From contig OZ024741.1 in assembly GCA_964016885.1 (NCBI GenBank), positions 32,612,001-32,676,000 on the forward strand: a stretch of DNA of 64,000 nt, given 5' to 3'. This DNA comes from Eledone cirrhosa. Lineage: Eukaryota. The notes under the pieces were generated by a model that saw only the letters and a list, made by a program, of their open reading frames with translations, was not told the DNA's origin and searched no databases. Positions 29,450-43,231 of the stretch are shown one piece after another (within the stretch, counting starts at the first letter, position 1; each line of letters opens with the position of its first letter). A program made the position numbers and the translations under genes.

Positions 29450-30077
29450 CGTGCGTGTGTTTGCGTGAGCATATATATATATCATACTTATATTAAAATT
29501 ATAAATTAAATATATCCTCACTGTGAAATGAAAGTTCAGAGGGAAATGTATTCTATTTCAAGAAAGAAATTTCATTACAATAAATATTTATATAAAACAT
29601 ATCCCTGAAAATAATGGAGGTTAAAGTTATCATTTTTATAGAATTGTATTATTTTATATTAAAAATGATATACGAGGGAAAGCCGTGCATTGGAATATAT
29701 ATCATTTGATCAAAATAAAATTCAAAAATAAAGAAATATCACCAATTTCTTCAAGGTTCAAGAATAAACGTATTTGAATATGCTGGAAACTAAAGAGAAT
29801 GTGACAAAGAAGGATATAAATTAGGTTGTCAAATGTTTCCTATGTGATCGAAATATCAGTAATTCCAAGGAAAACATTGGAAATAATTGGAAATGGTTCA
29901 TGCTTTCCATCGATTGCAGGAGGAGTGTTAAATGGAATGAAGTTTGTTTTCTCAAAGGAACACAGTAGTAATGTGTCGTTTGCAATATAGGGAAAACGAA
30001 GGTAGAGAAGAGCAGTCTGCGAGAGAGTCAGAAAATAAGATTGGGAAAGACAGTGAGAGGAAGATTAATATATATAA

Positions 30078-30165
<88 letters not shown>

Positions 30166-30808
30166 AAGAGAAAGAGCGATATATCGTTTGAGGAACCCAT
30201 AATATTTTGTACATATATATAAAGCACATAATATTTAGGAAAAACTACATATTATATATATATATATATATGTGTGTGTGCTCGTGTGTGTGCGTGTGTG
30301 TGCGTGAGTTTGTGTGTGTGCATGTATATGGATCTGTGTGTGTGTACTCATACATATATTTATAGAAGTGTGAGTCAAACAATCAACACATGAGGCTGAG
30401 GTAGAGAATATTTATACTAACAGCCTGACTTCCAGGCTGTAATGTTTCGATAAATTATGTAATGTTACACTATATTGAATGAAGCCAAGAAAATAAGCTA
30501 GACATATTCAGGTTAATATATATGTATGTTGAATTTAAGACAAGGTTGTGTAGTTTAAGAAGTTGAAATTGCAACCATGTCGTCCAGGGTTAGTTTTCGG
30601 TGCTTGATACATATGCCAAATGTTTTCTAGTATAGTTCTGTCTTGATTAATGCCTTCGTAAATGTCATACTTTTTCCTATATATATATATATATATATAT
30701 ATATAGGAAAAAGTATGACCCCGACGGTAGAGCTCTAGCCGTTTCAACGGTTATTTCTGGACTGGTTATGCGTTATGGTCCATCTGGTTCCTTACCACAA
30801 TTCCTTTG

Positions 30809-30840
<32 letters not shown>

Positions 30841-31565
30841 TATAAAATGTCAGGACCCAACAACTGAGCTCTTGCCGTTTTAACTGCTAGTTCCAGATAT
30901 ATATGGTGGGGTAGGGGTGAAATCTGTGTGTGTGTGTAATTATATTCACCCGTGTCTGTGTTTATGCCCTGTAACAAAATGGGAACGATGAAATAAGTAC
31001 TGGACTTGAAAAATTAAGTACTGGTCTCGATATGATAAACTAAATCAAGGTGATGCTCCAACATGGCCGCAATTTAATGTCTGGACCGGTAAAATATGAA
31101 ATAATGCAATATCCATTTTATAAATACCCATTTTACGTTAAATTTTGCCTTTCTAATTCCGCGGAAGTAGGCCCCACATCCGGGATAATATATGCTGTGA
31201 CACCTTCTCTTGTGGCAACCTGGTTAGTTCGGCTAAAAGCCGAGGCTTTTGCTGCCCGACTGTCAGAAGAGGGCAGACTGTCCTATTCAAGATTGTATAT
31301 ATTTATTAGTTTTAAATGACTTATATGACATTGGTAAATAAAATGCCCTATGCTACATGCTGTGACAACCTGGTGCGTTCGGCTAGTAGCCCAGAGCAGG
31401 GCTTCGCCTCACGCTAGGCCGAAGAGGCCACACTGTCTGATGACTGATTGTCTGAGTAAATTAGTTTTGAATGACTCATATGACATTAGTAAATACTCTA
31501 TAAATATCTCGACATTAAACATGAGCGATAGATGAAAGCACTAAATATTAGATACAACACTATGT

Positions 31566-31639
31566 ATTGGGTCGTCAATTTGTAGACATTTCTAGAAAAA
31601 AGAAAAATGTCTACAAATGTCATAATTGACGACCCAATA
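31566..31639. repeat. Short imperfect palindrome
   Basis: TATTGGGTCGTCAATT-TGTAGACATTT...AAATGTCTACA-...AATTGACGACCCAATA. Confidence 0.8.
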
Positions 31640-31784
31640 TATGAATTATTTCACAGATATTCTTTTTTACCTTTTCAAATTTACTCTTCAGCCGGATCAG
31701 TTGGAGACGGTTGCTTCTTACAGGACCCGCTGGAGGGATGGTTTGAGGACTCTACCCCAACGAACCTCACATGAATAAGTGGGA

Positions 31785-31880
31785 TGAGGAGGAGGAGGTG
31801 GAGGAGATGGAGGAGGCGAAGAAGAAGAAGAAGAAGAAGAAGAAGAAGAAGAAGAAGAAGAAGAAGAAGAAGAAGAAGAA
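31785..31880. repeat. (GGA)n/(GAA)n microsatellite
   Basis: About 21 perfect GAA units. Confidence 0.97.
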
Positions 31881-32422
31881 TTCCTCCCACCTGGAAACAA
31901 CCAAAACACTAGCTGCTATATACGGTAAGTCTTGTAATTTTAGGCAAATTTCTGAATACTTCGAAAACCAACCAAAGTTTACAACAGAAGAAAATAATTG
32001 AAAATATGAATTAACCACTGGCTACATCGCCATCATCATCATCATCATTCTCATTATAATCATCATCATCATCAGAAGAAGAAGAAGAAGGAGAAGAAGT
32101 AGATATTATTATATTATAACAAAATATTAATTCCATAATTCAAGTACTATTTAAAAAGCCAAACTAGCTATCTTCAATTCAGTATTCTTGCGAACTTTTA
32201 CCTACGGGTAATAACCGAAAAAATACGATCGTGAATACAGGCGGCCTTAAAGGGGTTCATCCGAAGGGTCTTTGGTGTAACATTATTTGATAATGTGCGT
32301 AGCTCGGAGATCAGATCACAGGGCCAATACTTCGGACATGTGTTAGAGCAGAATTAGACCAAAAGAGATCTTTATTCAAATTGATTATATGAATGAAAAT
32401 AAGTATACATATTTTTATATAA

Positions 32423-32459
<37 letters not shown>

Positions 32460-32502
32460 TGCGTTATGGTCCATCAGGTTCCTTACCACATCTCCTTCGT
32501 TG

Positions 32503-32543
<41 letters not shown>

Positions 32544-33787
32544 ACAAGTATATACATATATGCATATATAAATATATATCTACTGTCATACACGCACAAA
32601 CACACATAGACACACACACATTCATACACACAGACACACACACACATACATACACGCACAAGCACATACATATATATGTATGTGTGTGTGTGTGCGTGTA
32701 TAGGCAATAAATGTCTGACGATCACGCACGATTGCTGTTGAAACTCCAGAGTTACAAGGCTCCCCGCTTAGCCATGAATTGATATTGACACTCTGCTTCC
32801 GTACTTCGGTACCATATCTGTGTGTGCGTGTGTGTGTGTGCGTGGGTGTGTTTGTGTGTGTGTATTACCATCTGATAGAGAGTGAATGAATGAGAAAGCG
32901 ACAGCGACAAAAGAGAAAAATAGAGAGAGAACAAGCAGGATACTTCTTGACTGTTTTGTAGAGTTTCTTTTCTGATTTTGCCACTCCTCTCTAGTTTCCC
33001 CAGGAAATGGTTGCTAGGGATCAAATCAATCAATACGGGATGACGACACCCGATATATATTTGAATCTTTCGAACGAATTAATATGTCATAGATCAATGT
33101 AAGTACTTGGGGTTGAATTGAAATATAAGAAATACAGATTGGTGTTCTGTTGTAAACGAAAGTAAAAGCCTGGAGCAAAGATACATAGTTAAATGATGTT
33201 TTTTTACATGGAAAGAAGATAAGAAAAGGAGATATATGGAGATGTGTGAAAAAGTAAAGAAGGTAATGCACCATGCTGCCTTGTTGAGACGAAAGCCAGG
33301 GAGAATTGCATTAACAGATTACGTAGGATAGAGAATACGAGAGAATAAGTGGAACAAAAAGAAGGAAAGGAACAGAAACTGAGTCATAATTGGTTGGGAA
33401 AGAAAGTGAAATCATGCTAAAATTTGATGATAAACAAGAAAGAAAATGATAGCATTGCAGACATAGAACGGTAAAAACAACTTAATGTAGGGAAAATTCT
33501 ACGTGCATTAATATTCATAATATAATACACAATAATAACAAACTTGCATATAGATAAATATAAACTTACCACAATAAGTCCATGAATTGCTAGTGTTTAA
33601 GACCAACAAAACACAAAACCTCCACTTCTTCCAAATACTTGCAAACACATAGTTACGGCTATCTTAACTAATACACTGATAAAACGTGAACGACCATTCT
33701 TATTAAAACATAATTACTAACTAGGATTACTAATCAGAGAGAAAAACATACAGACAACCACTAAAACTGTGGAGGTGCGTTGCCTCT

Positions 33788-34012
33788 TGATAAGCATGTT
33801 GGACTTTTGATCATAATGTCATGGGTTCTGGATTGTGGGTTGTGTTCTTGAGAAAAACACTTCAATTCACGTTGCTCCAGTATAATCAGCTGACAATAAG
33901 TACCAGCTATAACTGGGAAGATAAGCCTTCCGTGGACTGGCGTCGTGTCCAGGGGGAAGTATTGTACTCTCAGTCGTCTAACGCCATGGAAACCGGGATA
34001 ATCTGGCCTCGA
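33788..34012 (+). mobile_element. SINE with MetaSINE-like body (degenerate)
   Basis: TTGTGTTCTTGAGAAAAACACTT...GTGGACTGGCGTCGTGTCCAGGGGGAAG...GCCATGGAAACCGGGA resembles the MetaSINE central domain and 3' body. Confidence 0.6.
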
Positions 34013-34669
34013 GACAGACTTTAGACATTTCATACACAAGAACTAAACAAATATATGAAAATGCCTCACCACCAAACATTCATTAAATATCCATGAAAAC
34101 ATATCATTAAGGTTCGTTTGCTCATCAGGTCACTGTGATGTTATATGAAGAGTCAGCCGAAAGTAGTAAATATGATGATTACCATTGTGGAGGTTCGTCA
34201 ATTTTCGGCAGTTCTTTTTACAATTGTGAGATTTTGTAATAACACCTGAATGTGTGTGTCAGTTTTGGTTGGGGTACAAATATAGTTTACTAGATAACAG
34301 AAGGGAATATCAATCAAAACCAATGACGAATAGTAGCTTCTGTTAAAATATACAGTGTCTCAGGTGTAATGAAAGCGAACATTTCCAATTGATCTCTTTA
34401 CCTGCAGACACCAAAGGAAATACATTTACCTACCGATTATGAAAGGTGAGTTCTCAATATGGCTTTCTTATAACCGGGGGTGATGAGTTGGTATTTTTGT
34501 TTCCATGTGAATCTGAACGTATTACACCAGCCTGTTGTATAACATTTCAATAAGGCTGAACCTTCATAAAACTGCCTCCAACGGATCTCCTTGTAAAACA
34601 ATTTGAAGCTATTATTTGTAGAAATTCTTCTTGTGACGCTAAACTCCGCCAGTTGCAGACTGCGAATTA

Positions 34670-35170
34670 ACATGTTCGATCACAGGCACAAAGTTCGATC
34701 ACAGACAGCAGAGTTCAAAGAGCAAAGATCAAGTCCAGTCCATGAATTGACATTGTCAACCCATCGTTTTGGCTGCTGGCCTCTGCTTTTCATACCAGCC
34801 AACCTTCCTTCCAGGCATAACCTACTCACACCACGAGTTGATCTTTTTATATGGCCGTATAGTTTGAATACTTGAAGACTTGACAATTGATGTAATTGGT
34901 CTAAGTTTGGTAATGTTGAGCAGCTCACTGATACAGATACGGTCGCTGAGCTGCTTCCCAGTCACAAATCTCATTATATGTGGTTCTGGAATGTAGAGAG
35001 CTTCTGAAGTGATCTTGTCGTCCAATTAACACAGTCAAGACCATATAACACAACTGGTAGGAATGTAAATATCAAAGATCTTAGCCTTCAAATAGTAGGA
35101 CACTCGTTTTGATGTTAGTATTTCCTTATTCTTGTTGAAAGCTGCCCAACCTAGCGCGATTCGATATTGC
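34670..35170 (-). mobile_element. RTE-clade LINE 3' fragment (pseudogenised RT C-terminus)
   Basis: Minus-strand peptides RIALGWAAFNKNKEIL... and KLYGHIKRS...LEGRLAGMKSRGQQPKRWVDNV...DR match the RTE C-terminal pattern (GHxxR...EG...RGRPxxRWxD); frameshifted. Confidence 0.8.
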
Positions 35171-35861
35171 GCAGCAACAATTCCATTGTTGTTTGTAGGA
35201 ATTATTCTAAGATTATTCCTTACATATTTGATAAATTGTTGTATTTATCATGAAAGTATGGGATATTACAACACATGTAATCGCTAAAACTATGGATTAC
35301 ATCATACAGTGACATACAACTAGATTCAGAACTTGTGTGTGTCTGACTTCACAAACTCTGAATCACAACGATTACACGCATTCAGGTCTAACACATCAAC
35401 AGTCAGTAGAAATATATTTATGCGTATGTACATGTATCTGCATATATACAAGAATGTATGCGTGCATATATGTGAGTATAGATGTATGTATTATATACAT
35501 ACATATACTGTATATATATGTGTGTCCATGAGCATGTGAGTGTGTGCTTGTGTGCGTCCATGAGGTTGTGATTGCGTGTGTTTATGCATAGTTATGAATC
35601 TAGTTAAAAATAATTTAAACATGCCTGTTAGGCATTATATTACAACATAAATAGATTTAATTATTTGATATTTAACTTTCCAGCATCATAGCATAAGGCG
35701 AATGACTGACGGCCGTTTCAAATATTAAAAAAACGTAATCATTAAATCTGACGTATAGTCTAGCATTCTTACATACTAACACAGATATAAATATACTGAC
35801 ATACTGACAGATACAACTGAACATGGAGACAGACACACAAAACACTCACGCATACACACAC

Positions 35862-35910
<49 letters not shown>

Positions 35911-36011
35911 AATATCATACATATATATATTATAATATATATATATATGTGTGTATATAAATATCATATATACATATATATGTATACATATATGTGTATA
36001 TATATATCATA

Positions 36012-36048
<37 letters not shown>

Positions 36049-36521
36049 CTATATATATATATATATATGTAATTATATATATGTAGGTATGTGGCAGTGT
36101 ATTTGCATTAAAAAAGACGGTATGTAAATATATATTTGTGTGTACTGTATTGTGTATTGGTGTAGAATAAGAATCGCTTGAATATCACGGCGTTCCACTT
36201 ATACGTCTGTTACTATAAGGCATGTATACCATAATGCAAATATGAACATTATTGATCAAAATTTAGAAAGTTGCGATCTGATGTTTACCATTAGTGCATA
36301 AAACGATGTTGTTTTGTAATTGAATTTTAGTGAATAGCTTCAGGCCCCTCTGCTTAACTTTCTACTATGTCTCAATATATGTCTTTTGGCATACATGCAG
36401 AACTATATATTCTGAGACTTAGAAGACACACACACACATATAATGTATATATGTGTGTGTGAGAGAGAGAGATAGTCTGCTGTTTGAACTCTCTTTCTAA
36501 CTCTTTCTCTCTGTCTCTCTG

Positions 36522-36657
<136 letters not shown>

Positions 36658-36725
36658 TATATATATAGGTTTATATATAGATATTTACACATATATATAT
36701 ATATATATATATATGTGTGGATATG

Positions 36726-36776
<51 letters not shown>

Positions 36777-38126
36777 ATGTGTGTAAATATATTTATGTAT
36801 GTATATACATATGTGTGTATGTATATGTAGAATGTATGGTATGTGTTTCGTTGTCTTGTTCCCTGCTGCAATGTCTCTCCTAATACCCAATATTCACCCC
36901 GTCAACAACAATACGAATATTGAGCCAACAAGAAAGATGCTGCATGGTCGTTGTGGTTGCTAGAAATACCAGCTAAATCTACCACCCACAACAACTTCAC
37001 GAAAAATTAATCTTGTCTAGTTTATTATATTTCTGAGAAAATTATGAACGTGGCTTCAATGTTCTTGTATTATAACTGGCTCATAAACATGAACATCAAT
37101 GTAATTGCAAAAGTAACAGTTGTTTCATTTATTAGATTTGCAGAAATCACACCATCAAGGACATTAAAATCTGCTCTCCAAATATTACGATATGCAAGAA
37201 TATGAAATATTCTCATAATTATTATTCTCAACCATTGTTACCCAAAGAGAAAACCTCTCCCAGCTGTTGTCAGTCTTTCTCAACCTGCGTCTCTTTTCGC
37301 CAGGTTACATTCAACTCTTCTTCTCATCATCTCTGCTCCACTATACCTTGAATCTGTTTGCCTCGGTCTCTATCCTACACACAATATTTGTTTGATGTAC
37401 GTTCCATTCCCATATGCATTTTCTCTTCTTAATATGATGATATATAATGAATTTTACTTTTGTTAGCACCGTTATCTAATGTAATTTTCCAAATTTCTAC
37501 CACGTACCATTCCATATTTATTCATGCTGATCAAACTGTGTGTTCCATATATTAAGTCATTGCTGGCAGGTTAAACTGGGTAAATACTCTACACTTTATA
37601 TGAGTTGAACAAGACAATGCACTGAGAAGTGTCATTACAAATATTTAAATATAATACCACAAACATCACCCGTAGCTGTAGGAATACAAGCTAATAGCAG
37701 TTGCAGCAAGAACTAATAAAACACGTCAATGGTTGATCCAATCCAAAGTTTGTCGATGTGATACACATAGCAGCTAAATCTCAATCAAGTTACATCCTAT
37801 TGAAAATGAGAACTGCAAATGGGATAATATACTAATAAATATGTCTTAGAGAAAAACGGAGCGAATATGCTTAGATTGGCTTCTTCAGGGATAAACTATT
37901 AATAGTTGGTTAAAAGACCCAATAAACATTAAATTAATTCATTTTAATGCAGTTCCCCCCCCCCGCCCCCTTACTTGTATCTTTTATATATAAAAGCTCT
38001 TATTTTCACCCCTCAGCCATATTTTATAAATTTACAATGGTATAATTCACTACTACACACACATGCACACATATATACATATAAATATATATATATAATG
38101 AGGAAAATTGAAATCGAGCCCTTTAT

Positions 38127-38295
38127 TATATTTCCACGACGATGGATATCGTGATTTCTTCAGTCAGCAAAAATTGATTAAAAGGTAACATTTTTTATTT
38201 AAGTGTCCACACCCTTCCACCAAAAATAGCCTCGGAAATGTTACCTTTTAATCAATACTTGCTGTCTGAAGATATCACGATATCTATCGTTATGG

Positions 38296-38302
<7 letters not shown>
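38127..38302. mobile_element. Mini fold-back (67-bp arms), each arm with a hammerhead-like core
   Basis: Arms 38127-38193 / 38236-38302; right arm CTGAAGA (38266)-ACGATA/TATCGT-GAAA (38295)-TATATA-TA running into (TA)n. Stem I partner is unclear. Confidence 0.6.
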
Positions 38303-38358
<56 letters not shown>

Positions 38359-38361
<3 letters not shown>

Positions 38362-38960
38362 CGCTCTACATGGCTGAATACAATAAATGTAATCTGAGTG
38401 TTTCGAATATTAATAATAACATTCAATTCGTTTGCAATTATGCAAACAAGCCTCAATTTTATAGCCATGTCAGTAGAATGAACACTTCATCCTTGCTTTT
38501 GTGTTGGCATGTGAACAGAACTGCAGACACTAATGTTTCTGGGTATCACCCTTCATCAGTACAGCTCACTGTTCACCTGCCAAACTGTCAGAGCTAGTGA
38601 AAATATAAGCTATTTTCAAAAATACACAGTGATTGATCGGCCTGATTTGCATATTAGCAGACTGGCTGATCAGTCAGATCTGCATATTAGCAGATCCAGT
38701 GATCAGCCAGAGTTGCATATCAGCAGACTGGCCAGTCAGTTTCCTGTATACGAGCGGTAAATGGCCGGCTTTGCCAAATTCAAATAAAAAATACATTTTC
38801 GCTCTACATGGCTGAATACAATAAATGTAATCTGAGTTTTTCCAATATTAATAATAACATTCGATTCGGTTGCAATTATGCAAAAAAGCCTCAATTTTAT
38901 AGCCATGTCATTAGAATGATCACTTCATTCTTGCTCTTGTGTTGGCATGCGAACAGAACT
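38359..38960 (-). mobile_element. Partial-tandem (pLTR-like) element with ~163-bp direct repeats, an internal HHR and a 33-bp x3 repeat
   Basis: 38359-38522 is repeated at 38797-38960 (period ~438); 33-mers at ~38633, 38666 and 38699; starts at a (TA)n tract. Confidence 0.7.
38518..38567 (-). ncRNA. Canonical type I hammerhead ribozyme
   Basis: Minus strand GAGCTGTA-CTGATGA-A-GGG-TGATA-CCC-A-GAAA-CA-TTAG-TG-TC^TGCAGTTC: 8-bp stem I (two G-U), intact core, GUC cleavage triplet. Confidence 0.85.
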
Positions 38961-38964
38961 AAGG

Positions 38965-39620
38965 TAAACACGAGAATAAAAGTATCCCTTCATCAGCTGT
39001 TTACCACAAATCATAGATGTTTCGGTGCTTAATACAGAACATCGATTTGTAGCGCGCAAAACTCCATGAGGGAAAGAGGTGCTAGTGAAGAGAGAGGAAG
39101 AAGAAAAAGGGTTTTACGACGTTTTCGGTCTGGTCTCACGTGTCCTAAAACCCTTTTGGATTAACTCCCTTTCCCTTCTCCTCCCTCATTCTCTGTCCCG
39201 CTTGCTCACTCCTTCTCACTTCCGGTTTCTCCGTCTTTCTCTTTCTCTCTCTACCCTCACTTTACTGAGATTGCCACGGTAAAACCTTGCTCCGCAGTTA
39301 TCACTGCCAACGGGCTTATACCCATCGGCTTATTATCATTTATTCCACTTTCTCTTCGGTTACTTACACACATGTGCCATTGTCCTGTGTCCCAACTTCT
39401 ATCGGTATGTCAACTTCGCTTTTTCCTCTTTTCCTTTTTTCTTCTTCCTCTCTCTTCACTATCACTTCTTTCCCTCATAGTTTTTGATGGATAAAAGACC
39501 ATGGGCGCGCTACAGATCGATGTCCTGTATTAAGTACTGAAACATCTATGATCTGTAGTAAACAGCTGATGAAGGGATACTTTTCTTCTCTTGTTTACGT
39601 CCCGTTTACCTTCTAACACT
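38965..39620. mobile_element. Fold-back element (arms ~38965-39110 / 39432-39600)
   Basis: AAGTATCCCTTCATCAGCTGTTTAC...GCGCGC and ATGAGGGAAAGA...GAAAAAGG are both mirrored on the right side; ends at (TA)n. Confidence 0.75.
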
Positions 39621-39661
39621 ATATATATATATATAGATACACACACGCACACACACATATT

Positions 39662-39801
<140 letters not shown>

Positions 39802-40997
39802 GAGAGAGAGATGCATACTTACATAGATGGATTGATGCAAAGTTGTAGTATGTGAAGGCTGTATTGGAAGGTGAATTGCTGTTTGTAGGGGTCCTTCTGA
39901 CATCCCTCATTGGGTAAGGGGAAGAACATGTTCCTGATTGTTCTCATAATCCCGTGGGAAGAATTCTATAAGCAAACCTTTGAGCGGTATTCTGTCATGT
40001 ATGTAGACTCTGTGCAGTTGCACAGCAAGAAATTATGACAGGCATGGCTATTTCTAGTTGAAATGAGTTGCATGGGATTGCCGGTTCAATAGTTATTCTG
40101 AATGCTCACTGCTATTGGAATGACAGAAGGTAGAGGGCAAAATAATATTTCCATTCATCCTGAAACCTGAAATAGGTTACGAAGAAATAAATTTAAACCA
40201 TATTTAAACATCTCAAAAGATAGACGATAATACAAAGAGTAACCCACCATATAAATCCTGATATGATAGATCCATCAGGCCATAATCACTATCAATGTCT
40301 TGGAACCGTCAAACGTTTTGGCTTCTGGATAAATTAGCATCATATACTCTGCAGGGCACTTAATCATACACTTACCAAACTATAAACATGCAACCTTCAT
40401 ACTCCATCGTGATCGTACATGCATCTTAAAACTCACTATCCACCAAGAAAATAAATTTAAATTAAATGTATCGGAGCTCGAAGTAACCATTCCATAAACC
40501 ATGCAAAGATAACATAATTCACATTAAATTATTGAATTTAAAACCAGCAATAGCAGGTAATTTACCACACTAACTCTAGCATCCAAATACACTGCTCAGA
40601 TACGCTAGATTCATCATATAAACAACAAATTGAAAAATAGACTAATTAGAAAAAGAAATGGAAAATAAAATAAGCAAAAAATATTCAATTTATAAAATCA
40701 TTATAGGGCTTGACATCCAAACACCACTGTGCAACAATCCGAACGACAGACCTACATCTTCCCACGGTAATAGTCGAAACTATGGCACGATGAAGCCCAA
40801 ACCTCTGCCAATACACTCACTCCGAGAAACTACTTATTACACCCATTACACACACGAATATACATTACATTTCTAATCAGCTTAACACGCATTAAACTGA
40901 ATAAATTATGAACTATATGTGTCTCCCAATGTATATTCAACATAACATAATCATCTACACCTAATCCTTTAAATATTATATAATACTTATCATAACC

Positions 40998-41275
40998 ATC
41001 ATCATCATCATCATCATCATCCCTTAACCCTTTTCAGGGTCGTTGGGACACTGCAGTGTTGGATGCTGCACCAACTGCCTTCACCTCTGGCAGCCATGGG
41101 CGAGTGCTTGGGTTGTGGCAAAGTTCTTTCCTGTCCACTCAGCTATGTTGTGTATCTGCCGCTTCCTCTGTGTGTCCTCCTTCTCTTTCTCCGCTCTCTT
41201 CCTTGGATAATTGTCTTAGAGAGTCCACCCAATCGTGTTATATGCCCATACCGCCTCATATTCCTCCTCATAATA
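40998..41275 (-). mobile_element. RTE-clade LINE 3' end with (ATG)n tail
   Basis: Minus ORF RRYGHITRLGGLSKTIIQGRERRKRRR matches the RTE C-terminus; (CAT)n run at 40998-41020 marks the 3' tail. Confidence 0.75.
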
Positions 41276-41689
41276 AATATACTAATGCACAAACACATTA
41301 GAAAAATGCAATATCCTAGACAATGTATTATACTTTCCAATTCAAAACAATAATACCCTTAAATCAAAAATTATTCTTAAAAGAAAAAGAACAACATTCA
41401 ACAATGACGAAACAAAGTTTTATATATATTAATTTGCAACAACTAATCTCCCCAACAGAGTAACCATTAGAGACCTTTCAACGGTGATTTTAGTCCACTC
41501 AGTGTCGGGGGGCATGCTAAAATATATGAAACCTCTTCTCCTGCATCCCCAACCAATATCTTAATAAAGGTGGAGGAATACAATAAAAAAAAACAAAAAA
41601 ACATGATTCAGCAGACGAAATACAACTAATCCGCTGCAAATACTCCGATTAACTCAATTAATTAACCATATTTAACAATATATCTTACA

Positions 41690-41890
41690 TATCCGATGGT
41701 GTGCTGAAAATTTATGGCCGTGTGGAAAATAAATACAGCAGAATCAGTTAAAAGACAATACAGGAGGATCAGTGAAAAGACAATACTGGAGGATCAGTTA
41801 AAAAGAAAATACAGGAGGATCAGTTAATTATGATTTTATTCAACATATTTCCCTGTCATATTCACACACTTATTACAGCGGTCCTACATC
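41690..41890 (-). mobile_element. Mariner-like transposon 3' end remnant
   Basis: Minus strand ...CGCTGTAATAAGTGTGTGAATATGACAGGGAAATATGTTGAATAA encodes RCNKCVNMTGKYVE*, matching the mariner terminus RWxKCVxxxGxYVE; TIR-like CGATGGTGTGCTGAAAA at 41693; three ~30-bp internal repeats. Confidence 0.55.
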
Positions 41891-42202
41891 CAATGTAAAG
41901 GTAATCAGCTGTACCCTTTTGCGATAAACTTAAATACATGAACCTTTATGATTCCTCTCCCTCCGTATTAACAAACTAATCAGTGCAGAGGAATCCAAAA
42001 TTTAATGCAGCCAATGTATTATACTTTCAGTAGAAAAGAAAACAGCTTTAAAAATAAGAAAGCCAATCGACACTTCCCTCGATTAAAACCTTAGATATAC
42101 TAAATCTACACCAAACTAATGATATCAAGAGAGAAGCCTGTCCTACCCGAGTCATTTCAACAGGGATTGTAGTCCACCCAGCATCACGGACACGGTACTA
42201 TG

Positions 42203-42248
<46 letters not shown>

Positions 42249-42354
42249 AATTAGTATATCTACCAACATATGTATACAGATGTATACTTACGCTAGCAAA
42301 GATATAGGTTTTGTCTTAATAACTTTGTGGTTCAATACAAAGAGATGTAGAACA

Positions 42355-42434
42355 ATTATATAAAAGACGTAAAATAAGAAAATTATAGTAATTAACTTAC
42401 TTACTTAAATTTACTATAATTTTCTTATTTTACG

Positions 42435-42443
<9 letters not shown>
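42355..42443. repeat. Perfect ~34-bp inverted repeat abutting (TA)n
   Basis: ATAAAAGACGTAAAATAAGAAAATTATAGTAA ... TTACTATAATTTTCTTATTTTACGTCTTTTAT. Confidence 0.85.
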
Positions 42444-42514
<71 letters not shown>

Positions 42515-42520
<6 letters not shown>

Positions 42521-43223
42521 ATACTTGGGGAGGGTCATATTTGTTTGCCAGCAGATAGGCAAATCAGAGAGGCCAGTGAAATAGAACTTAGAAGGCCAAG
42601 ACTAAACAGAAAGAATGAATGGAATAACAACAACACCCAAACAAACAACACTGACCTTAGAGAAGTATAAATAAATTAATAGATAAATAAATAAATACAT
42701 ACACAAGCACAATAACAACAAACACATATAAACACACACTAGTAAAGGTAGACTACAACCAATACCCATTCACCCAATCACGAACACGCATCAAACAAAA
42801 CACTATACACACACGCAAACGCATGCACAAAGAAAACAAAATAAAATAAACAAATAAAAAAATATATAAACAGACTAAATAAAGATTACGTAGAAAATAC
42901 AATGCAACGGGAGGAAACAATAGCCCCACTGACGATGTTGCAGATGTGCAACGAAAGAACTTTGATAAACTATATATATGCGTTTGTGTCTATATTGTAT
43001 CTGTATTATTTTTTACCGTTGGTCAGTCAATGGCAACAGTGAGGACCAAATAAATTAGATTACCGATATAAAAGACACACAAGCGAAAAGCGAAAACCAA
43101 CCAAACAGTGAGTGTGTTCTGTTATTAATTCTGGCAATATTACACAAATATGACCCTCCCCAAGTATAACAATATTTGTTTCGACACACGTTTTCATATC
43201 AAAAACCTCGCAAAACTAATTCA
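42515..43223 (+). mobile_element. Severely 5'-truncated PLE with 30-bp inverted cap; diverged relative of the 58-60 kb element
   Basis: 42551-42670 encodes ADRQIREASEIELRRPRLNRKNEWNN..., versus FRQITEAVSIKELKPKLNRKYEWNS at 59.9 kb; HHR core at 42929; terminus ATGACCCTCCCCAAGTATAACAATA at 43150 is mirrored at 42515-42545. Confidence 0.85.
42925..42966 (+). ncRNA. Hammerhead ribozyme motif (stem I degenerate)
   Basis: CTGACGA-T-GTTGCA-GATG-TGCAAC-GAAA-GAAC-TT; same position and GAAC loop as the 60280 HHR. Confidence 0.6.
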
Positions 43224-43231
43224 TCGCGGTT

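Noticed and set aside
39505-39590. Possible type II HHR (GAAA-CATCTATG-ATC ... CTGATGA)
   Set aside because: Extra nucleotides at the junctions and no convincing stem II.
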